64,000 nucleotides of DNA from an uncultured Acidobacteriota bacterium (GTDB lineage: Bacteria; Acidobacteriota; Thermoanaerobaculia; UBA5066), in NCBI GenBank assembly GCA_963779415.1, contig CAVZYA010000002.1, forward strand, positions 256,001-320,000. Direction: 5' to 3'. The stretch's first letter is position 1, and each line of letters begins with the position of its first letter. Made by a program: the position numbers and the translations under genes. The notes below the pieces were generated by a model. That model searched no databases. It had not been told where the DNA came from and was given only the letters and a program-made list of their open reading frames with translations. This document shows positions 51,715 through 61,089 of this stretch, one piece after another.

Positions 51715-51963
51715 ACAGCGGCCGACACTTCAGGCGCGAGGGCTGTCGGATCACTGAGACATGTTATGGGAATGAGGCGGTATAGACTAGCGGCGAGCAA
51801 TAGGTTCCGGTGTTGACGCGGCGCCGGAGTTTTGGTCCTGTTTGTTGACTTTAGCCTCCGTAGGTTGTTTCGGCAGGTTATACTGTACACTGACGGTCGG
51901 CGTCGACTGCGCGGGTCACTTCTCCAAGGTTCGTGGCTGGGCGGTAGGATTCGAAATCGGTCC

Positions 51964-51991
51964 TTGACAGGGGTCGGCGTCGATTCATATT
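51964..51991 (+). promoter_or_regulatory. Putative sigma70 promoter
   Basis: TTGACA-16 nt-CATATT, upstream of a GGAGGA RBS and ATG 52035. Confidence 0.35.
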
Positions 51992-52034
51992 GGCCCGTAG
52001 GACCAGCCTAATTCCGAAGAGGAGGATCGACGAG

Positions 52035-52646
52035 ATGACGTCGAACAGAATTTTAGTGACCACCGTGGTCTGTCTATGTTTCGCCCTTGCCTCGACGGGG
52101 TGCGGCACCACCGCGCCGATGTCGCCATCTCTCGTCTCGAGCGACGGCGTCGAGGTTCAGAGCATCCTGACGGAGGTCCAGAAGGCGCTGGACGTGAGCG
52201 CCATCAGGCTGAAAGACCTCCCCGTTCCCCCGCTGGAATCGGTGACGCTCACGCTTCAGGCCTCGGTGGCGCGCGACCTCGGCGGCAAGATCGGCTGCCT
52301 GATCATCGCCTTTGGCCACTCGGTCCAGAGTGAGACCACGCAGGAGATGGTCCTTACTTTGACGCCTCCGAGACCCGGTCAGAGGGCCGTGGCGCCTCCG
52401 ACGGCGACCCTGTCGGAGCAGCTCGTCGACGCCATCGTCGGCGCCGTCAAGGGGGTGCAGACGGCTCGTGAGGGTCAGCCGCCGCTGGAGCTGCAGTCCT
52501 TCGAGACGAGCCTGAGCTTCGTCGTCGAGAAGGACACGAGCGGGAAGGGCGACTTCACGATTCAGCCCGTCACCGTGAGCCTCGGCGCCGACTTCAAGGA
52601 CAAGGCGGTCCAGAAGTTGCGGCTGGTCTTCAAGGCGAAGAAGTAG
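52035..52646 (+). CDS. Lipoprotein with two tandem Trypco2-like domains
   Basis: Lipobox STGC. Two repeats of the pattern helix, 'L.S..L.L', Gly-rich beta-hairpin, 'Q...L.L/F' (LESVTLTLQ...TQEMVLTL and LQSFETSLSF...VQKLRLVF). The family call is by recognition only. Confidence 0.7.
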   Translation: MTSNRILVTTVVCLCFALASTGCGTTAPMSPSLVSSDGVEVQSILTEVQKALDVSAIRLKDLPVPPLESVTLTLQASVARDLGGKIGCLIIAFGHSVQSETTQEMVLTLTPPRPGQRAVAPPTATLSEQLVDAIVGAVKGVQTAREGQPPLELQSFETSLSFVVEKDTSGKGDFTIQPVTVSLGADFKDKAVQKLRLVFKAKK

Positions 52647-52689
52647 TCCCCGAAGCTCGGGGAACCGCCTTTGGGAGAATCCCCCGGTT

Positions 52690-53802
52690 AAGCTCAGCCC
52701 GATGGCGAGCGAAAAGACGGTTCGCGTCGCAGTGAAACCCGGCATGCGGCCGCCATTTGTGCGATGGCGACAGGGCAGTAAAAACAGCTAGAGCTCGCCT
52801 TGCAACGGTAGCAGCGGTCGAGAGCGCTGACTTTCGGCCGGACATTAAGAAAGCGGATCGGCGGGCGCGGTTCTCGCGGCGGAAGGAGCGCCGCGGGAAG
52901 ATCTCGGTCGGTGACGCGAAGGCACCCGAGCGTCCGGAGGACATGACGAATCGTCCTTGGCGGCGAGCCGAGGATGGACGGGGCAAGGCCGACGCATGGC
53001 GCCAGCGCGCCATCACGTCCACGAAGAGGAGCCCCCGGCTTCCACACCCGCAGACCGGGCCGTTCCGGGTTCTCTGCCCCGAGCCGCCGCGGAACGGAAG
53101 AAAGGGGATCTCGCAGGTGCGCCGGAACTCGTCCGTCGAGATGCCGGCTATCTCGGCCAGCTGGCGGTCAGCTGGCGGGAGCACCCGACGCTCCAACCAG
53201 GGTCGTCCGGGAGAACCGCGGCGACATCCACTTGACGAACGCCGCGCGACAGGAAATAACGGAAAGAGTCGGCAAGATACCGAACATTTCGCGAGGTCAG
53301 GGTCATCTTCACCGCGAGGCGGGTCCGGAAGTGCTTCGGATAGTCCCGGCGCAGCCGGACGAGGAGCCGTCCAGGAGCTCAAGCTCCCGGGCCCCGGTCG
53401 TCCTGTGCCGGGAGCGACGCCGTCGTGGAGAGATAGTGATGAAAACGTCCCGGCTGACGAGGAGACGGGCCATCTCCTCGTCGAGCCGGGTGCCGTTGGT
53501 GACGATGCGAACGTCGGGTTTCATCTGCCGGGGCGCCCATTTCCGGACGCGGTCCGAGCGCCGGCCGGATGAGCGGCGCTGCCAGCAGGGGCTCGCCGCC
53601 GTAGAGCGTGAGCCGCGGGCCGGTCCAGCCGGGAAGAGACGAGCTGGCGGATAGCTGCGTCCAGCGACTCTCGGGTGACATCGTCCGGGGCACGCTCCCG
53701 CTGCTGGTAGCAGTAGGCACAGCGGAGGTTGCACGCCGTCGTGAGCATCAGCTGACGGTGCGTACGCCGGGGTCAAGCAGCTCTTCGAGGAGAGACAGTC
53801 AC
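52690..53802 (-). pseudogene. Radical SAM protein with SPASM domain; multiple frameshifts (pseudogene or sequencing error)
   Basis: CNLRCAYC (CxxxCxxC), YGGEPLL, TNG, C.CG...FVD.DG...PC, CYRC....SCFYCP and FHC, across several frames. Ends are approximate. Confidence 0.8.
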
Positions 53803-53872
53803 GGCATGGACGGGCCATCTGGATCAGCTGCGTCGGCCGGAGAGTCTGGCCGGGGACCGGGTCTCACTTCCC

Positions 53873-54165
53873 TTACCGGCTTGTGCTTACCGCGGCTGAC
53901 GCGGTTCTCTCCTCCTCCATCTTGCCCAGAGACGACCGAGGAGGATCGCGGCATCGGCCCGGATCGTCCCCCGGGTCGATCGGGCAGGTATTTGCCTTCT
54001 TGGATCCAGCATCCGTATCAGGGACATGTGCATGGTCCGGAACTTCGAATGTCATCTTCCCGGGCTTTGTCGACAATACTCGATCGCTTCTGCCAATCCG
54101 TTTCATGATGGAAGTCAAGCAGCATGCAAGAACTGTCTTGGCGAGGGTGAGGTGACTTCTGCCAT
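53873..54165 (-). CDS. Small protein (~95 aa) between the kinase and radical SAM genes; frameshifted
   Basis: AAAGGAG RBS before ATG 54165. One inserted base joins it to the ORF segment LTLAKTVLACCLTSIMKR...IDPGDDP. Confidence 0.45.
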
Positions 54166-54216
54166 CGGAATCTCCTTTCTCGAGCAGGTCGGGCGGAATG
54201 CGTTGAAGGCGTCCCG

Positions 54217-56881
54217 TCACCGCCCTTCGCGGGACGCCGTGGTGATCCAGAGATTTCCCTTCAATTCGGTGATGTCGGTGGCCAAGAAGCGGCCGTCGCG
54301 GGTGAGGCTGAGGTAGCCCCCTCCGTCGCGGTCACCCAGAACGAGCGCCGGCTTCAGCGGCTCTGTCGCTCCGGAGGCGAGGTCGACACGCGCCGGATCT
54401 GAGAACCGGCGTCCCGAACAGGCCGCTCACGAGGAGCGCCGTGTTCCGTCGGGTTCCCAGGCGAGGTGGCGGGCTCTCGGCGCCCGTCGTGACCTGACGG
54501 GGCGCGGCGCCGGGCCGCAGCATCGACGACCCAGACATCCTGGCCTCGGACGGAACGCGATCCGACTTCGCCGTCCGGGGACCAGACAGGGAACCAGTCC
54601 GTCACGTCCCCCTCCGTGAGGCGCCACGGCTCGCCCGCGGGTAGCCCGGCTCGAAGCGGAAGGATCCAGATGTGGTCATGACCGGAGCGATCCGAGACGA
54701 AGGCCAGCCTCGTCCCGTCCGGTGATAGGCGGGATGGACGTGTCTCTTGTCGGGCTCTCCATCAAGGGGTATCGGCGCTCCCCCGGCCAAAGGCACGGCC
54801 CAGAAGTTCGCCAGTGCCCTTTGAACGGCCGGAAGAAGGCGATCCACGTGCCGTCCGGGGAGAAAGCTGGGAGTCGGCGATGCCCGGTCTCAGAGTTCGT
54901 CAGGCGGAGAGGGGGCTTCTTCCCGGCGCGGCCGGCTTCAAGCTCCTCGAGCCAGAGGTCGTACTTCCCGATCCGTTCGACATGTAGACGACGGCACTTC
55001 CGTCCGGGGCGATGGCGGGCGTTTCGACGTCCCGGCTGCTGGCAGATGCGGCAGAACGTTCCCGTCTTCCTGTCGACCACGACCACATCGCGGTCTAGGG
55101 AGCGAGAGTCGAGAAGACGAGACGGCGGCCGTCGCGTGAGAGGGAGGGGTGGTTAGCCGTGGCCGTCCCCGGCAGGACCCGCTCGGGCGAGCCACCGTTC
55201 AGGCGAGACCCGCCAGATCGACTCGCGGAATGACCCTGCAGGGAAGCTGAAGAGGACGGAGGCGCCGTCGGGCTGAAAAAGCCGGCTCCCGTCTGCCTTT
55301 GTGTCGCGGGTCAGCCTGCCGCGCCGGGCCGCCACGAGGCGGGGACGAGCCAGAGATCTCCGAAGGCGGCGTAGCAGAGGAGCGTCCCGTCGGGGACAAC
55401 GCGGGGTCGAAGTGCCTCCAGCCGCCGTCCTCGTCTCCTGTCAGCCGCATCGGCTCGCGACGGATCCGCGAGCGGCGCCACCCAGACACAGGCGAGCCCG
55501 GAAGGACCGCGCCGCGTAAATGCGATGCGCGTACCGTCGGGAGAGACGGCCGGCATGTCCCCGTTCTCGAAGATCAGGCTCGCGCTTCCGCCGAGTCGCG
55601 GGACCTTCCGGACGGAAGACACTGCCGTTCCGCGTCGAGGCGAAGGCGATCGTGCGTGAATCGGGAAACCAGGCCGGCTTCCTGTTCTCTGCAGGGTCGT
55701 CTGTCAGGCGAAGCGGCTCGCCTCCTTCGGGATCGACAACCCAGATCTCCGCCTTTCCCGAGGCATTGGAGCTGTACGCCACGAGAGTCCCGTCGGGGGA
55801 AAACGCGGGCTCCGCTTCCCACCCAGGAGCGCTCGTGAGCTGGCGCGGGGGATCCCAGCTCCTCGCCGCGAATGTGCTCTTTCCGGAAGTTCGCGGCCAC
55901 TTGAAGGAGATCGCGACGGCCGCGAGCACGACGAGCACCGCGGCGGTGACAAGAGCGACCGCGGCAACGATCCGCCGTCGCCGCACGGGCCGGGGCTTTT
56001 CTCCCGACCTCGAGGCCGGCTGCTGGTCGCTCGAAATGCTTCGGAGAGCGAGTCGCGAGATCGTGCGCCGTGTCGAACCGGTCCTCCGGACGTTTCTCGA
56101 GGCACCGGGAGACGATCCCCCCGAGGACCGGAGGGATCGCCGGCGCCACGTGGTCGAGGGGCTCGGGCTCGCCGTGAAGAAGCGCCGAAACGGTGTCCGC
56201 CGGCGAGGCCCCGGCGAAGGGACGCTTCCCGGAGAGCATCTCGTAGAGGACGCAGCCGAGCGCGAAGATGTCGGTGCGGCCGTCGACTTTCTGCCCGCGA
56301 AGCTGCTCCGGAGCCATGTACGAGAGGGTCCCGACGACCTCGCCGTCGGACGAAAGAGCGCCACCGGAGGGGGAGGTCAGCGTGACGGCGTCCTCGGAGA
56401 TCGGCTCGTTGATCTTCGCGAGGCCGAAGTCGAGGACTTTTACGCGGCCGTCCGCCGTGACGAAGACGTTCTCCGGCTTAAGGTCCCGATGGACGATTCC
56501 CGCGGAATGTGCCGACGCGAGACCATCGGCGATCGAGGCCGCCAGCTCCGCGGTCTTGCGCCATGGAAGCGCCTCACCGGACATCCGGTCCCGCAGCGTC
56601 TCGCCGTCCAGAAGCTCCGTGACCGCGTAGAGGCGGCCGTCACTCTGGCCGAAATCGTGGATGCCGAGGATGTTGGGGTGGGAGAGCGCGGCGAGGGCGC
56701 GGGCCTCCGTCTCGAACCGGGCGACGCGACGAGGGTCCTGCGAGAGCGAGTCGGGGAGGATCTTGACCGCGACCTGACGCCCCAGCCTCGTGTCACGGGC
56801 CCGGTAAACCTCCCCCATCCCGCCCGCCCCGAGGGGCGAAAGGACCTCATAAGGGCCGAGTCGGATCCCTGGCGGGAGCAT
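54217..56881 (-). CDS. Ser/Thr kinase + TM + TolB-like propeller; heavily frameshifted in the propeller
   Basis: LGAGGMGEVY, HRDLKPEN, DFGLAK and YMAPEQ motifs; P.FSPDG repeats in many frames; ends ...GNLWITTASREGR* at 54217. Confidence 0.85.
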
Positions 56882-56974
56882 TGTTTTGGCCCTGGTGGCC
56901 CGAGACTGTCTCGAACAAATCTGGTCGGCCGATGGACTTATGTCAAGGCGATCCCGCCGAAAGTCGTGGTTCTG

Positions 56975-57415
56975 TCAGACCGACGACTTCAGCTTCCGGA
57001 GAACCTTCAGGTCCTCGAGGTCTTTCGGCCGCCCTGCCGCTTCCTTCATCCGGATGAGATCGTCGAGAGATGCAAAGGCCGCCGGGGTCCGGCCTAGATG
57101 GCTCTCGACCCGGTTTCTCCAGACATCCTCGAACGTGGCGCCCGCGACGAAGGGGTGCAGATCCGTCTGAAGGATGTACTGGCGGATGAGGACCTTCTTC
57201 TTCAGGAGATCGTCGATCGTGAGATCCGTCACGTCGTAGCCGAAGTCCGAGAGGGCGTCACGCACACGCCGGGCGTTCTCCTCCGATGCTTCGATGAAGA
57301 GATCGACGTCCAGCGTCGCCCGCGCATAGCCATGCACGGGAAACGCCGTCGCGCCGATGACGACGTAACGCGCCTTACGGGCGTTTAAGAATCGAAGAAG
57401 GCTCTCCGTGTCCAT
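56975..57415 (-). CDS. DUF6036-like nucleotidyltransferase (Pol-beta/MNT superfamily)
   Basis: YVVIGA.A...HG..RAT.DVDL, L..MK.AAGRPKDL.DL motifs. Confidence 0.85.
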   Translation of the reverse strand: MDTESLLRFLNARKARYVVIGATAFPVHGYARATLDVDLFIEASEENARRVRDALSDFGYDVTDLTIDDLLKKKVLIRQYILQTDLHPFVAGATFEDVWRNRVESHLGRTPAAFASLDDLIRMKEAAGRPKDLEDLKVLRKLKSSV

Positions 57416-57590
57416 GCGCCCTCAGGGACTCGGCCATCTGCCGCGACCGCGCGAACATCAGCTCGAAGCGCTGCTCGGCGGTCAGGCTCCTCAGAAACGC
57501 CAGCTCGAACTCCAGCTCGCGCTCTTCGTCCTCCTCCGCCTTAGAGAGCTTCAGTGTCGCGTCCGGCCCGGTTTGGATCGCCTTCTCCAC
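57375..57590 (-). CDS. Small partner protein overlapping the nucleotidyltransferase
   Basis: 71 aa with 'FLRSLTAEQRFE' motif; overlaps the start of the next gene. Confidence 0.6.
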   Translation of the reverse strand: MEKAIQTGPDATLKLSKAEEDEERELEFELAFLRSLTAEQRFELMFARSRQMAESLRAHGHGEPSSILKRP

Positions 57591-57620
57591 GCGTGGGAAT
57601 TCTAGGCTTTTTCGGAAGGC

Positions 57621-58930
57621 TCACGAACGGGCTGCGATGATCTCGGCCGCCTGCCGGCCGATCCGGACGGCGTAGTTCTGGCCGCGGTCCTCGGGGTAGA
57701 TCTGGGCCATGCAGGCGGAGTAGAGGCCGGGGACGGGGGTCTCGATCGGCGGAAGGATCCGGGAGTAGTTCGCCGGGATGATCGGCTGGGCATACTCGCC
57801 CCGCTCGATCGACTTCTTCAGGATCCAGGCCGGCTCGAAGCGAGGGTTGATCCGGACGAGCGCCGGGAGATAGATCCCCCAGAGCGACTCGTCCCGCATC
57901 GTCCACCTCGGATCGTCCGGAAGGACGTAGTTCGACAGGTAGAGGACGTGCCGGCCGCCGTACTTTTCCTTCGGGATGTAATTGGTGTGCTCGATGACGC
58001 CGCCAAAGGGCATCGTGTCGTCGGCGATGTTGGTCCAGTAGTAGGGGTGGAACGACCGGTCCAGCTCCATCACGGGGCAGAGCGCATGCGCGTACCGGAC
58101 CTGGCTCCAGACGTCGCGCGTCTCCTCGGGAAGGTCGGGGGCGATCTTCAGAAGCTCGGGGATCGCGATCGTCGAGAGGACGATGTCGAAGCTCTCCGGT
58201 CCGCCCGAGGAGGTCACCTCGAACCGTCCGCCTGCGGATCGACGGACGATCTTCACCGGGCGGGCCGTCCGGACCTCCCCGCCCCGCTCTTTCACCCGGC
58301 CGAGGACGGCGGCGATCAGGCGGCCGAACGAGCCGCGCATGTAGCCAAGCCGCTCGCCGAGACCCGTCTTGTCGCGTGAGCGGGTCCGGAGAAAGATCTT
58401 TCCCCAGAGCCAGACGAGGCCGATCTCCTCCGCGGCGCGTCCGTATTTCTGCCGGAGCAGGGGCCCCCAGACGACGTCGAAGACCTTTCCGTAGCCGTTC
58501 CTCTTCAACCACCCGGCGGCCGTCTCCCCTTCCAGAGCCTTCCAGTCGGAGTCGTGGCGGAGGCGGAGCGTCGAGAGGACGAACTGAAGCCGCCCCGAGA
58601 GGCCGAGCGGCGAGAACTTCAGGAGAGACGCAGGGGTCCCGAAATCCCAGAGCCTCCCCTGGCTGTAGATCCCCATCTTCGAAGGGAGCCAGTCGATCTC
58701 CTTCTCGAGGCCGAACTCGCGCGCGAAGTCGACGTAGTCGGTGTCGCCCGTGAAGAGGTGGTGGTAGAAGCGCTCGAGGGGTGTCCCGCCGACGTCGAGC
58801 GTCCCGACGAGCCCCCCGGCCTCCGGCCATTTTTCGAAGACCGTCACGGGAAACCCGCTCTGAAGGAGCCGGTCGGCCGCCACGAGGCCCGCGAGGCCCC
58901 CCCCACGACGGCGATCCGGGGGCGCGTCAC
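57621..58930 (-). CDS. FAD-dependent oxidoreductase (protoporphyrinogen oxidase/amine oxidase-like); frameshift in a G-run near 58900
   Basis: GGGLAGL, E...GGL, ERFYHHLF..D and QIYPEDRGQNYA motifs; GTG start inferred at 58930. Confidence 0.85.
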
Positions 58931-58974
58931 GGCGGCAGTTTAACCGGCGGGGTGTGCTACCTTGATCTTCCGCT

Positions 58975-61089
58975 GTGACCCTTCTCGCGTCCGTTCTCTT
59001 CGCGCTGGCGCTTCTCTTCGCCGCGCTCGGCGGCGCGGCGGCGGTCGCCCGCGTCTTTCGCGACGAGCCGGACGACGCTCTTCGCAACGACGTCGTCCTC
59101 GGCCTCGCCCTCCCGGCCGGCCTCGTCCTCGCGGCCCTCCCGGGCTGGATGCTCTCCGCCCTCTCGGGGCTCTCCATCGGGACGCGGGAGATCGTCCCCG
59201 TCTCGATCGACCGGGTGGTCCTGCCGCTCGCCGCGATCGCCCTCCTCGGTGCGCTCGCCCTCTGGGGAAAGGAGCTCCTCTCCGCACTCGGCCCGGCGCG
59301 GCGTCTCGTCCTTCCCCTCGCGTTCTTTCTGGCGCTTTTTCTCGGCTTCGTCTGGCTCCGCCTGCCGACCGGGGAGGTCCGGGGGACCGAGAAACCGATG
59401 GACCTGGCCGTCCTTTCGAACCTGATGACGACGAGCGGTCTCCCGCTCGCCGACCCGTGGATGTCGGGCGAGCGGTTCCCCTATTACTACTTCGGGACGT
59501 TTCTCTTCGCCCTCCCGGCCCGCGCGGCGCGCCTGATGCCGGAGATTGCCTACAACCTCATCGCGGCCCTCCTCCCGGCCGTGACCGGTTTCGCCCTCTT
59601 CGCCGCCGTCCGGGCGCGGGGGGGAAAGCGGTCGCTCGCCGTCTTCGGCGGCCTCCTCGCCGTCATCGGCGGGACGCCCGACGGTCTCCGGCAGTGGCTC
59701 TCGGGGCAGGCCCTCCCCGACATCGACTTCTGGGCCTCGTCCCGCCGGGTCCAGAACGCCATCACCGAATGGCCGCTCTTCACCTTCCGCCTCGCCGACC
59801 TCCACCCGCACGCGATGACGCTCCCGATCCTCGTCGCCTTCATGGCGGTGGCGGGGCGGGTCGCGAGCGTGCCGGGCGTCTTCCTCGACGCCGTGACGGC
59901 GGGGGCGGTCCTCTCGGCAAACCCGTGGGACCTGCCGGCGGTCCTCCTGATCCTCGCCGCCGGGAATCTCGCCGAGCGGGAGGTTCGCGCCACCGTGATC
60001 CGTAGCGCCGCGACGCTCGGGATCGCGGCCGTCGTCCTCATCCCCTTCTTCCGCTCGCCACGGCCGCGCCTCCACGGGATCACGTTCTTCCCGAACGCCA
60101 CGACGGCCGCCGAGGCTTTCCTCCACTTCGGCGCTCTCCTCGCCGTCCCGGCCCTCGCTTTCGGCATCGCGGTGGTCCGGTCGCGGACGCGCCCGGACGA
60201 AAAGCTCCTCTTCGCCACCCTTTTCCCCGCGATCGGAATCTTCACGGCCATCGTGACGCGGCGACCCGCCCTCGGCCTAGCCATCGGCTTTCTCCTCGGC
60301 GTCGCGTGGTTGCTCTTCCGGAAGGGGGACGACGGCGCGGACGCCGCCGCGCCTCCGGAAGGTGCCGTCCGGGCGGGCTTTCTCTTCGCCGGCGCGGGGG
60401 CGGCGCTCGCCGTCGTGGCGGACGTCCTCGTCGTGACGGACACGTACGGCGAGCAGCTCCGGCGGATGAACACGATCTTCAAGACCTGGTCCGACGCATG
60501 GCCGCTCCTCGCCCTCGGGACGGCTCTTCTTCTCCCGGTCGTCCTCTCGGCCCGGCGGGCTCGGACGGCGATCCGCGCCGTTCTTTTCCTCGCGCTCGCG
60601 GCAGCGGTCGATCCACCCTGCTTTCCGCCCTCGCCTTCCGGCTCCGGCTGGACGGGGGGATCTCTCGACGGGCTCGCATGGATGTCGCGCGAGGCGCCGG
60701 GGGACCGGCTCGCCGTCGAGTGGCTGAGGCGCCATGCCCGGCCCGACGCCGTCATTGCCGAGGCGACCGGAAACCCGTACTCGGACTTCGGCCGGATCGG
60801 CGTGGCTTCGGGGCGGCCGACGCTCCTCGGCTGGGCGAACCACGAAGGGCTCTGGCGGGCCGAGGCGGGCGACGCCGAGATCCATTCGCGGCAGAACGAC
60901 CTCCAGACGCTCTATCTTTCGATGGACCCTCCTTCCGTCCTCGACGTGATCAAGCGGAGGAAGATCGACTACATCGTCCTCGGGCCGCTGGAGTACAAGG
61001 TCTTCGGGCCGAACGCCCTCCCGACGCGCGGCGGGCTCCGCCGCGTCTTCGACGAGAGCGGAACCGCGATCTACGAGCCGAATCCGTGA
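58975..61089 (+). CDS. DUF2298 (Chlor_Arch_YYY) GT-C-like membrane protein
   Basis: TEKPMD, DPWMSG...YYYFG, ITEWP.F.F.LADLHPH, NPWD, RMNTIFK, GWANHE motifs. Confidence 0.9.
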   Translation: MTLLASVLFALALLFAALGGAAAVARVFRDEPDDALRNDVVLGLALPAGLVLAALPGWMLSALSGLSIGTREIVPVSIDRVVLPLAAIALLGALALWGKELLSALGPARRLVLPLAFFLALFLGFVWLRLPTGEVRGTEKPMDLAVLSNLMTTSGLPLADPWMSGERFPYYYFGTFLFALPARAARLMPEIAYNLIAALLPAVTGFALFAAVRARGGKRSLAVFGGLLAVIGGTPDGLRQWLSGQALPDIDFWASSRRVQNAITEWPLFTFRLADLHPHAMTLPILVAFMAVAGRVASVPGVFLDAVTAGAVLSANPWDLPAVLLILAAGNLAEREVRATVIRSAATLGIAAVVLIPFFRSPRPRLHGITFFPNATTAAEAFLHFGALLAVPALAFGIAVVRSRTRPDEKLLFATLFPAIGIFTAIVTRRPALGLAIGFLLGVAWLLFRKGDDGADAAAPPEGAVRAGFLFAGAGAALAVVADVLVVTDTYGEQLRRMNTIFKTWSDAWPLLALGTALLLPVVLSARRARTAIRAVLFLALAAAVDPPCFPPSPSGSGWTGGSLDGLAWMSREAPGDRLAVEWLRRHARPDAVIAEATGNPYSDFGRIGVASGRPTLLGWANHEGLWRAEAGDAEIHSRQNDLQTLYLSMDPPSVLDVIKRRKIDYIVLGPLEYKVFGPNALPTRGGLRRVFDESGTAIYEPNP

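Noticed and set aside
2535-58930. Widespread frameshifts as programmed frameshifting or mass pseudogenisation
   Set aside because: Single-base indels hit many unrelated genes, some in homopolymer runs (e.g. near 58900), which is typical of long-read error. The denser breakage at 52.7-56.1 kb could be real decay but cannot be resolved without reads.
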